From assembly GCA_964507015.1 (NCBI GenBank), contig CAZDOM010000007.1, forward strand, positions 1,812-65,811: a stretch of 64,000 nt of DNA, in the 5' to 3' direction. The notes under the pieces are model-generated. The model made no database searches. It saw nothing but the letters and a program-made list of their open reading frames with translations, and was not told the origin of the DNA. Shown piece by piece: positions 56,119 through 64,000 of this stretch. Position numbers and translations under genes: made by a program. The stretch is from an uncultured Rikenellaceae bacterium. Its GTDB lineage: Bacteria > Bacteroidota > Bacteroidia > Bacteroidales > VadinHA17. Positions within the stretch are counted from its first letter, which is position 1, and every line of letters starts with the position of its first letter.

Positions 56119-57105
56119 ATGACATATTTATACATCATCATCGGCCTCGTTTTAATCTTTGATTTCATCAACGGATTTCACGATTCTGCTAACTCGATAG
56201 CTACAGTTGTATCAACAAAAGTACTCTCCCCTTTAGCAGCAGTCGGTCTTGCAGCAACATTTAATTTCCTTGCTTTCCTGGTTTTTCATTTGAAAGTAGC
56301 CACAACGATTGGCAAAGGAGTAATAGATGCAGAGATAATAACTCTTAATCTTATATCAGCAGCAGTTACTGCCGCAATTGTATGGAACCTCATTACATGG
56401 TGGATGGGATTGCCTTCGAGTTCATCTCATACACTGGTAGGAGGGCTGGTAGGAGCTGCTGTTGCCGGGAATGGATTCAGCTCAGTTATTTACTCCGGAG
56501 TAATTAAAATAGGAGTCTTTATTGTTGTTGCTCCCGTAATGGGAATGGTTATTTCGTTTATCATCTCTGTAATTGTGCTGCATATTGTAAAAAACCATTC
56601 ACCATCTGGTGTTGATAAACATTTCCGCCGGCTACAATTATTATCGGCTTCAGCTTTCAGTCTGGGGCATGGAGGCAATGATGCCCAGAAATCCATGGGT
56701 ATTATCTGGGTAGCATTGATTGCGACTAACCAGGTCACCAAAGATGCCCCGATCGATCTCTGGATAGTATTATCATGTCAGGCTGCAATTGCGCTTGGGA
56801 CACTGTTCGGAGGATGGAGGATAGTTAAGACTATGGGGCAAAGAATTACTAAACTTAAACCTTTTGAAGGATTTTGTGCAGAGACAGCCGGAGCACTTAC
56901 ACTTTTTGTCGCAACACATTTTGGAATACCTGTTAGTACCACTCATACAATAACCGGTTCAATAATAGGTGTTGGTGCAACAAAAAGATTAACTGCAGTC
57001 AAGTGGGGGATAACAGGTAAAATATTTATTGCCTGGATACTTACTATACCTGTATCAGCTATTATTGGCGCTGTGATGTTTTACTTATTCAGCGCTATAT
57101 CTTAA
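56119..57105 (+). CDS. PiT-family inorganic phosphate transporter
   Basis: GFHDSANSIATVVST and GHGGNDAQKSMGI signature repeats; polytopic membrane protein. Confidence 0.88.
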   Translation: MTYLYIIIGLVLIFDFINGFHDSANSIATVVSTKVLSPLAAVGLAATFNFLAFLVFHLKVATTIGKGVIDAEIITLNLISAAVTAAIVWNLITWWMGLPSSSSHTLVGGLVGAAVAGNGFSSVIYSGVIKIGVFIVVAPVMGMVISFIISVIVLHIVKNHSPSGVDKHFRRLQLLSASAFSLGHGGNDAQKSMGIIWVALIATNQVTKDAPIDLWIVLSCQAAIALGTLFGGWRIVKTMGQRITKLKPFEGFCAETAGALTLFVATHFGIPVSTTHTITGSIIGVGATKRLTAVKWGITGKIFIAWILTIPVSAIIGAVMFYLFSAIS

Positions 57106-57145
57106 TAAAACATGGTAATAGTAACAGCTGCAGTTGTTTTAAATA

Positions 57146-58906
57146 TCAATACTTTGGCAGTGAAAAGAGAAATTCGGTTCCGCCACCGGTCTTATTCCTG
57201 ACCAGGATCTCTCCCTTTTGAAGCAGAACAGCATTCTTTACTATGGCTAATCCCAGACCTGTGCCTCCGCTTTTTCTTGAACGACCTGAATCGATACGGT
57301 AAAAACGTTCGAAAACACGGTTTATATGTTCCTGTGGTATGCCCACTCCATTATCGGAAAATGAGAAATGATAGAATTTTTTATCCTCATTATAAACAAG
57401 AACATTTATGATTGTATTATTTCCAGCGTAGTTGATGGCATTCTCGACCAGATTCTGAAAAATGGATAGAACCAGGGATTTATTCCCATTAACGACCACA
57501 TTATCACCTATATTGATTTCAACTTTCATATTTCGTCCTTCAATAGCTGATTTGAAATTATCTCTTACCTCTTTGACGATCTTTTTTATTTTCACCTTTT
57601 CGGGAGGGAAAGAATCACTTGCCTCTTCTATTTTATTCAAGACGGAAATATCGTTGATAAGCCCTGTCAGTCTGTCAGTCTGGGCTAAAGCTTTTTCCAG
57701 AAAATACTCTTGCTTCTTGGGGGTAATCTCCTGGTCATTCAGAAGCGTTTCAAGATACCCTTTTACTGAAGATACAGGAGTTTTAAGCTCATGTGATATA
57801 TTTGAGGTCATCTGCTGTTTAATGAGCTTGTTTTTACCTGTTTTGGTAATATCACTGAGAATAATCTCAAAACTTTTATCATAGAAAATAACACACTGAA
57901 TCCTGAAGAATCTTCCGTCTTTAGATACCTGGTATTCCATTTTAGGAAGGTCATCAGATTTTATAACTGCCTCCTTATGTTTATTTACAAATTCATTGAC
58001 TTCTTCAAATTCCGGTATCTCAAAGAAATTCGATGAGAATATCTTAAGATCCCCTGAAATCATGTTCGTAAACTGCATAAAATGATCGTTATTAAATATC
58101 CGGTCTTTATCAGGCCCGAAAAGGGCAATTCCCTCATTTAATGCATTAAGGTGGTTAAAGAGTTTTTCCTTTTCATTTGCCAGATCATTTTTTGTTGACA
58201 GGAGATTGTTATAAATATCAAGTATTTCAGAACCGATGATCCCCAGTTCATTTTTTGGGAACTCTGCTATAAAAGGTTTATCATTCCTCAGACTTATGGC
58301 AAAATCTTTTAGCCGTGTTACTGATTCACCGAACCTGTTGGTGACCACGAGAAGAACAGTCCCGATAATTATGAAACAAAAAAGTATTATGATCAGGAAC
58401 CTCAGATTTGCCTTCAGGAAATTTGACACCGTTACGTCGTAAATCAATGCTGTCCTGATGAAATAACGAGAATAAAATTTTGAATAGTAATAGTATTCCT
58501 GTCCTGTTGTACCCGATTTCCTTATAGCAGTACCAAAATCTTTCTTTAATGATTCAAATATTTCGGGACGAGATTTATGATTTTCCATGTTTTCATAATT
58601 ATGCACGAAACTATCGTATAGGATATATCCCGAAGTATCAATAACAGATATTCTCAGATTGGGGTGGGGCAGAAGTGTGATCAGGGAGTCGATGCGATTG
58701 TAATCGCCGTCAAAATATATATAGTTGATATTCAAATAGTTGTTAACAATCCTTGTGATATTGTACAATTCGTCATTAAGAGTAGCTATCCTGTACTCCT
58801 TTTCCCTTTTATACAAATATGTTAGGATAAGCATAGCGACAACAGCAAATATTGCCGAGTAGAAAAAGAAAAGATTATTTCTGAATTTATTCTTTGTAGC
58901 AGTCAT
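57146..58906 (-). CDS. Sensor histidine kinase (two TM segments, periplasmic domain, PAS-like, HisKA, HATPase_c)
   Basis: H-box [20 protein letters not shown]-box [11 protein letters not shown]1 DNGVGIP, G2 [10 protein letters not shown]. Confidence 0.88.
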   Translation of the reverse strand: MTATKNKFRNNLFFFYSAIFAVVAMLILTYLYKREKEYRIATLNDELYNITRIVNNYLNINYIYFDGDYNRIDSLITLLPHPNLRISVIDTSGYILYDSFVHNYENMENHKSRPEIFESLKKDFGTAIRKSGTTGQEYYYYSKFYSRYFIRTALIYDVTVSNFLKANLRFLIIILFCFIIIGTVLLVVTNRFGESVTRLKDFAISLRNDKPFIAEFPKNELGIIGSEILDIYNNLLSTKNDLANEKEKLFNHLNALNEGIALFGPDKDRIFNNDHFMQFTNMISGDLKIFSSNFFEIPEFEEVNEFVNKHKEAVIKSDDLPKMEYQVSKDGRFFRIQCVIFYDKSFEIILSDITKTGKNKLIKQQMTSNISHELKTPVSSVKGYLETLLNDQEITPKKQEYFLEKALAQTDRLTGLINDISVLNKIEEASDSFPPEKVKIKKIVKEVRDNFKSAIEGRNMKVEINIGDNVVVNGNKSLVLSIFQNLVENAINYAGNNTIINVLVYNEDKKFYHFSFSDNGVGIPQEHINRVFERFYRIDSGRSRKSGGTGLGLAIVKNAVLLQKGEILVRNKTGGGTEFLFSLPKY

Positions 58907-58920
58907 TTTAATTCCTGAAA

Positions 58921-59607
58921 TCAGATTTCAAAATAGTAACCATACCCTGTTTTATTTTTGAGATTTTTTCCGCATTTTCCAAGTTTGCTTCTCAGCCTTG
59001 TTATGTTAACATCAACAGTTCTTTCTGTTACAATAACGTCGTTACCCCAAACAGAATCAAGCAGATCATCTCTGGAAAAAACCTTTCCCTGGTTATCGAT
59101 AAGCAGTTTCAGTATTTCAAATTCTTTCTTTGTCAGTTCAACTTTTTCATCATTAATAATTACTCGTTTCCTTGCAGTGTCAAGTTCCAGTTCTCCTATC
59201 CTGATGGTTGAGTGGACTTTACCTTTATCTGATTTGGCACGTTTCAGAACAGCTTTAACCCTAGCCATAAGTTCATTGATTGAGAAAGGCTTGGCCATAT
59301 AATCGTCTGCCCCAAGACTGAATCCGGTAAGTATATCATTCTCAGTGTCTTTAGCAGTAAGAAATATTATTGGCGTATTGACATTCATTTCCTTCCTGAG
59401 AGTATCGGCAAATTTAAATCCCGACATTGGTCCCATCATAACATCAAGAAGAATAAGATCAATATTGTTAAGGGTTCTTTTTATAGCCTCCTCAGCAGAA
59501 TGGGCTACTTCAGTATGGTATCCTGCATTTCCAAGGTTATACTGTAATATTTCACACAGATCCTCTTCATCGTCGACAATCAGGATTCTTTTATTTTTCG
59601 CTTCCAT
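58921..59607 (-). CDS. OmpR/PhoB-family response regulator
   Basis: [36 protein letters not shown], then a winged helix ([13 protein letters not shown]...[14 protein letters not shown]). Start set at MEAKNK because a TAnnTTTG box lies within the longer ORF. Confidence 0.88.
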   Translation of the reverse strand: MEAKNKRILIVDDEEDLCEILQYNLGNAGYHTEVAHSAEEAIKRTLNNIDLILLDVMMGPMSGFKFADTLRKEMNVNTPIIFLTAKDTENDILTGFSLGADDYMAKPFSINELMARVKAVLKRAKSDKGKVHSTIRIGELELDTARKRVIINDEKVELTKKEFEILKLLIDNQGKVFSRDDLLDSVWGNDVIVTERTVDVNITRLRSKLGKCGKNLKNKTGYGYYFEI

Positions 59608-59634
59608 TTGAAAATTGTCTTTATAATTTTTCTG

Positions 59635-59642
59635 CAAATTTA
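59635..59642 (-). promoter_or_regulatory. Bacteroidota -7 promoter box (TAnnTTTG) for the two-component operon
   Basis: Minus-strand TAAATTTG, 27 nt upstream of the ATG at 59607. Confidence 0.45.
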
Positions 59643-59733
59643 TTACTTTCTTGTTAACAAAATGGATAAATGCCTGCTGATCAGTAACCGTGATCAACAG
59701 GCATTAAATCAATTGTACGCGAAAAATACCTGC

Positions 59734-62631
59734 TTAAAACAAGGCGTAAGTGAGTTTTAAGTGGTATGTTATTCCCGGCTCAAGTCTTGTAAAAAACTGA
59801 TCGGTTGGATTAAAAGATTTGAATACGGATTCTTTTTTGTCATTCAGCAGGTTCTCAATTTTAAATCCAAGCTGGGTTTTCTTGTTTCTCCCAAAGCTTT
59901 TGCTGGCTGTAAGGTTTAAACTATGAAAAGGTAACATATAGATGTCAGGTCTGTCGGCTATTCCAACATACTGAAGAGTTTTCCCCTGGACATTATAATA
60001 AAAACCCGCTTCGAGACCTGACCAAAATCCTCTTTCACCGCCTGAATAGGATATTCCACTGTTTATGATATATGGAGCCTGGCCTGCCATTACACTGTAC
60101 AGATCAATTGTTTCACCTGTTCTTGCATTCTCAACCCTGGAATAATATTCGGTTAAGCTTAACTTGATACGTGACCTTGTAACAGATATATTTGAAGTTA
60201 TATTAAAATTCTTAAATGATGGCAGAAGAGCTTCAAGATTCTGGCGGAATTCAACCTCAAGTCCAAGAACCTGGCCGTCACCCACATTTCTTGGCTGGAA
60301 ACAACCGGTTTGAGAAGCATATTGTACGATCTCAATAGGGTTGATAAAATATTTATAGAATCCGCTTACTGAAAGCATCTGACCATTTTTCCGGAACAGT
60401 TCCCAGCGAAGGTCCGTATTATGAATATATGAACTGACGAGGTTGCCATTCCAGTATTCTTTACCCTGTACATCATCAGCATCGCGGAACATACCTCCCA
60501 CAAATGTACGGCCGCTGATAGGATCAGCAATTTCTGCAAAAGAGAGCTCCTTAAATGAGGGTCTTGCAATTGTTCTGGCATACGAAAATCTGAGGTTCTG
60601 ATTGGCTGACAGATTATAGATCAGGTTAATTGACGGGAAGAATCCCAGGTCGTCAAGGACCTTATCATTATTCAAAACTTTAGTGCCGAGTTGATTTTGT
60701 CCTGTATATCTCTGGACATACTTCTCAACTCTTAATCCTGCTATAATATTTAGTCCTTTGAACAGACTGAGTTCTGTTGACACATAACCTGCAGTATTAC
60801 TGGAATTAGCATTGAATTTGTTTGGATTAGACGGGATAAAACCTGCTTCATAAGTTGTTCCTGAAGATACCTGAGAGCCGTTAAGCGGCCATAAATTTTC
60901 TGGTTGGAACAATTCATCAGGATCCCCGGTAAGAGTTACATTACGAATATTAAAAGCAAATTTATTAATAGCAAAATCACGCTCTTTATATCCGTACAAT
61001 CCACCAAAATTTAATTTTGCCTTTTCTCCCCTGAAATTATATTCTCTGGTAACATGAACTACACCGATAAGGTTAATTTCAGACAAATCTCTCCATATCC
61101 TTTCAGGAAATCCGGATTCTGTATTTATTCTGAAATCTGAATTATCTGTGACATATCTTACAAAGCGGGCATCCGGGTCTTTGATAACTGACAATGTCGG
61201 GGAGAGTTTCCATACAAGCTCCCATTTTGAGCCATCGAAGGAGTGTTTTCCATCAATAAGCAGGTTTGTCAGTGAACGCTGGCTGTATTCAAGGTTATGC
61301 TGAAATCCCTTGAAATTACTCCCCTGGTCGGATCCGACATAATCAAAAATACCTGCTTTTGATTCACCGTTTTGCAGGTGTAAAAAGTTAATACGGTATT
61401 TTGAGTTAAGTGTTTTTACTGCAAATCCTGCAAGTCCGCTTAACAGTACATTATGTACTCCAAAATCACCAACCTGGAATTCCCTTACTTCAAGTTCAGT
61501 AACATCAGGATAACTTGAAAGTCCGTAACGACCATATTCAGCGTTTTTATAATATTCCGTATTACTTTTATATGAAAAACCGAAATTATATCCTAATGTT
61601 ACCTTTTTAACAGGTATTTGATTCCCGAAAGAGGTTCCGAAACTATAATCCATCAGGTTTGTTTGTTTAATGGCAGCCATTGTGGGATTAAAACTTTCCA
61701 GAACTTCCCGGTAACGCAGACCTGCTTCACTATCAGGGTCCCCTATAACTGAGGCAAAAAACGGAAGATTTGTTGTAGCGGGTATCGCCCTGGTACCATC
61801 ATCAAACCCCAGAAAATCAGTACGTCCACCTTTATATGTCAGATAATCACTTTTAAAATGATAATCAGGATTATAACTTGTGCTAAAATTCAGGTTTCCT
61901 TTCTTCTGATCAGGGAAATCCTTGATGGCTATATCAATAACTCCTCCCGTAAAATCAGCCGGCAGATCGGCACTGAAAGATTTATAGACAATTATATTGT
62001 CAATAATACTGGTAGGAAAAATATCCATCTGCATTGTGTTGCGATCAGGATCAAGACCAGGAATATCAACCCCGTTTACTATCGTTTTAGTATATCGGTC
62101 TCCCAGTCCGCGAACATAAACATATTTACCTCCTTCAACAGAGACACCGGGTATTCGTTTTATAGATGATGCAGCGTCGGAATCACCTATTTTCCTGAAA
62201 CCGGCAGCAGAGATCCCATCCATCAGTGAAGGATTTTTCATTTTAATTGTCATGATATCTCCCTCTGTGTTTCGCGTCATGTTGGCAGTAACGGTAACTT
62301 CAGATAATCCGATTGTCGATGTTTTTAGTGAAAGGTTATTAAGAAGCGTGATTTCATCCGGGGTTACCTTGACACCGGTAATTGATTTAGCTTCATATGA
62401 AACAAACGAAAGTTTCAGATTATAGGTGCCTGAAGGAACAGACAAGTTGAATTTCCCATCCAGGTCGGAGACTATTCCCATGCTTGTACCTTCCACAAGC
62501 ACAGTGACACCTATCATGGGATCGCCGGTGGTTTCATCAAACACAGAACCCCTGATAATGCCGTTCTGTGCATTTAGCTTTATAGAAGCCAGTAGAATTA
62601 AGGTTACTAAGAAGAAGTTCCTTATGCACAT
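59734..62631 (-). CDS. TonB-dependent receptor with N-terminal CarboxypepD_reg domain
   Basis: 965 aa. Signal peptide ending LNAQ, GIIRGSVFDETTGDPMIGVTVLVEGT...DLDGKF, plug region (PGVSVEGGKYVYVRGLGDRY), barrel ending LKLTYALF. No SusD-like gene follows. Confidence 0.88.
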   Translation of the reverse strand: MCIRNFFLVTLILLASIKLNAQNGIIRGSVFDETTGDPMIGVTVLVEGTSMGIVSDLDGKFNLSVPSGTYNLKLSFVSYEAKSITGVKVTPDEITLLNNLSLKTSTIGLSEVTVTANMTRNTEGDIMTIKMKNPSLMDGISAAGFRKIGDSDAASSIKRIPGVSVEGGKYVYVRGLGDRYTKTIVNGVDIPGLDPDRNTMQMDIFPTSIIDNIIVYKSFSADLPADFTGGVIDIAIKDFPDQKKGNLNFSTSYNPDYHFKSDYLTYKGGRTDFLGFDDGTRAIPATTNLPFFASVIGDPDSEAGLRYREVLESFNPTMAAIKQTNLMDYSFGTSFGNQIPVKKVTLGYNFGFSYKSNTEYYKNAEYGRYGLSSYPDVTELEVREFQVGDFGVHNVLLSGLAGFAVKTLNSKYRINFLHLQNGESKAGIFDYVGSDQGSNFKGFQHNLEYSQRSLTNLLIDGKHSFDGSKWELVWKLSPTLSVIKDPDARFVRYVTDNSDFRINTESGFPERIWRDLSEINLIGVVHVTREYNFRGEKAKLNFGGLYGYKERDFAINKFAFNIRNVTLTGDPDELFQPENLWPLNGSQVSSGTTYEAGFIPSNPNKFNANSSNTAGYVSTELSLFKGLNIIAGLRVEKYVQRYTGQNQLGTKVLNNDKVLDDLGFFPSINLIYNLSANQNLRFSYARTIARPSFKELSFAEIADPISGRTFVGGMFRDADDVQGKEYWNGNLVSSYIHNTDLRWELFRKNGQMLSVSGFYKYFINPIEIVQYASQTGCFQPRNVGDGQVLGLEVEFRQNLEALLPSFKNFNITSNISVTRSRIKLSLTEYYSRVENARTGETIDLYSVMAGQAPYIINSGISYSGGERGFWSGLEAGFYYNVQGKTLQYVGIADRPDIYMLPFHSLNLTASKSFGRNKKTQLGFKIENLLNDKKESVFKSFNPTDQFFTRLEPGITYHLKLTYALF

Positions 62632-62694
62632 AATTGATTGTAAATTATTAAGTTAGTTGTCCATTTCTGCAGATTTTCAATGCAATATCATTAT

Positions 62695-64000
62695 TTAAAA
62701 ATCGTCAAGTGCACCTGACACTTCGGCCCATGACCAGTTCCGGAAAGCAGAAACATCTGCTCCCACAGTGTTGGCTCCGGCAGCAACTGCAATGGTAAAC
62801 TGATCACTTCCGCCTTTAAAGAAATCAGTTACAGCAGTACCCGCAGGAAGGGTTACTTCAAAGTCAGTAAAAGTACAGACATAGTCCGTTGGCAGTTCAT
62901 CAAAATCCTGACCTGCCTTAAGTCCAAAGAAGTATATATTATCCATATCAACATTGGAATTAGGGTCAAGATCGACAAGACCCTGGGCATCCCCTGCATA
63001 TGCACTTGCATTTGTAATAGTATGTTTGGCTACCATGATACCTTCTGGTCCGTCAAGTTCAAAACATTCGTCACCAGGATTTACAATTATGATGTTATCA
63101 ATAGTACCTCCCCATGACTGGTCCGTATCAATTGCATCATCACCTGTATTCCATACAACAACATTTTTAAGTTCTACAGTACCACCAAACCACTCAATTC
63201 CATCATCCTGGTTGGATACAATTTCTATATTTTCAATTACAGTACCTGATCCAACACCTCCCAGGGTAAGTCCGTTTATCTCATTACCTTCCCCGATATT
63301 TGCTCCGCCATGGCGGATAGAGATATATTTCAAAGTACCTGAATTGTCAGTCTCATCATTACCACCATAAAGACCATTAAGATCTGAAGGAGGAATTCCC
63401 TCTATCTGCATTGCAACAGCTTCAGCTGATATAGGAGCTTTGCCAAGTACTATCACACCACCCCAAAGACCGTTAACAGTGGGTTCAAGATTCGGGCTTT
63501 CAATTTCTCCCGGGACAATTTCATCTGCAACAGAAGTAAATATAATAGGAGATATCGAAGTACCGACTGCATTAAGTTTTCCGCCTCTGGCAATCATTAA
63601 TGCCGTTGCATTGGCATCAGATCCTTCACGTCCTTTGATTATAACACCGGGTTGAATGGTAAGAATTGCACCATCAAGAACAGTAATACGTCCTTCAAGA
63701 ATATATATTTTACCGGTTTCCCATGTTGTATTCTCATCAATATTCTCGGCTACAGAGATAGTCGGATATGATTCAACATTTAAAACAGCTACTCCCACTG
63801 CTGATTTTTCATAACTGTCAGTAATAGTAATTGTTACTGAACCTGCACCAGTTTCTCTTCCGGCTGTAAATGTTACAACAACATTTCCTGAAGTGGCTCC
63901 TGCAGTCCCATCAGTTTTAATTACCGCTGTTCCTCCAATGACATCAAGTGTTGAGGTACTGTAACCACCCCCGGCTGTATAACTGAATGTAAGGTCTACA
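62695..64000 (-). CDS. Parallel beta-helix surface protein of unknown function; 5' end outside the window
   Basis: My manual translation finds the minus-strand frame open from the listed GTG at 63798 up to nt 64000 (...VVVTFTAGRETGAGSVTITITDSYEKSAVGVAV...). Repeats such as GGANIGEGNEINGLTLGGVGSGTVIENIEIVSNQDDGIEWFGGTVELKNVVVWNTGDDAIDTD suggest a right-handed beta-helix. Directly upstream of the TonB receptor. Confidence 0.65.
   Translation of the reverse strand, partial: VDLTFSYTAGGGYSTSTLDVIGGTAVIKTDGTAGATSGNVVVTFTAGRETGAGSVTITITDSYEKSAVGVAVLNVESYPTISVAENIDENTTWETGKIYILEGRITVLDGAILTIQPGVIIKGREGSDANATALMIARGGKLNAVGTSISPIIFTSVADEIVPGEIESPNLEPTVNGLWGGVIVLGKAPISAEAVAMQIEGIPPSDLNGLYGGNDETDNSGTLKYISIRHGGANIGEGNEINGLTLGGVGSGTVIENIEIVSNQDDGIEWFGGTVELKNVVVWNTGDDAIDTDQSWGGTIDNIIIVNPGDECFELDGPEGIMVAKHTITNASAYAGDAQGLVDLDPNSNVDMDNIYFFGLKAGQDFDELPTDYVCTFTDFEVTLPAGTAVTDFFKGGSDQFTIAVAAGANTVGADVSAFRNWSWAEVSGALDDF

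Noticed and set aside
1-64000. Scan for tRNA/rRNA genes, CRISPR repeats, transposases, integrases, toxin-antitoxin pairs and known defence genes
   Set aside because: All intergenic gaps are under 200 nt and none folds into a cloverleaf by eye. I noticed no regularly spaced direct repeats and no ORF with DDE, tyrosine/serine recombinase or Cas motifs. The HsdR_N protein is a small conserved stand-alone domain, not a restriction system.

Overview
AT-rich, gene-dense chromosomal segment that looks like an anaerobic or facultative Bacteroidota genome. Supporting evidence: type IX secretion (T9SS) components, the conserved uppS-bamA-ompH-ompH-murI cluster, TAnnTTTG -7 promoter boxes, a TonB receptor with a CarboxypepD_reg domain, Na+-NQR, and futalosine-pathway genes. 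I call 57 protein-coding genes, two of them truncated by the window edges. I found no rRNA, tRNA, CRISPR array, transposase, integrase or recognisable defence genes.

Content in order:
- Envelope-biogenesis cluster: CBS protein, nadK, two DUF6089-like outer-membrane barrels, uppS, bamA, two ompH, murI.
- korAB (2-oxoacid:ferredoxin oxidoreductase).
- Two very large tandem paralogues that combine receiver-like domains with a PEP/pyruvate-binding ATP-grasp (PPDK_N) domain.
- fabD, folE plus a mammalian-type PTPS, mqnB-mqnD, an M28 peptidase, a nitroreductase, proline dehydrogenase.
- ECF sigma factor, an anti-sigma-like PKD protein with a T9SS type-B C-terminal sorting domain, and a PorP/SprF module.
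- Divergent thiF-thiS | aor-moeA-mogA island for a tungsten/molybdenum cofactor.
- DUF5103 (T9SS plug-like) gene, then nqrABCDEF-apbE.
- A tiny Cys-rich membrane protein, a fused E1 alpha/beta dehydrogenase, and a 586-aa protein of unknown function with a PEPCK/HprK-like P-loop.
- yqgE, holA, amn, an HsdR_N-domain protein, a Nudix-HEAT fusion.
- yedF-selD selenium module, an esterase lipoprotein, a PiT phosphate transporter.
- A two-component system, a TonB-dependent receptor, and a partial beta-helix surface protein.

The best candidate for something undescribed is the korAB-linked pair of receiver-coupled PPDK_N proteins (11378-17809). They have no recognisable phospho-His swivel or PEP-utilising C-terminal domain and carry a shared C-terminal module I cannot place. 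Secondary candidates are the sigma/anti-sigma-like T9SS cargo, the PEPCK/HprK-like orphan, the Cys-rich mini-protein next to nqr-apbE, and the Ubl/E1 pair beside AOR.

All functional calls rest on motifs I recognise in the supplied translations. No database search was run.
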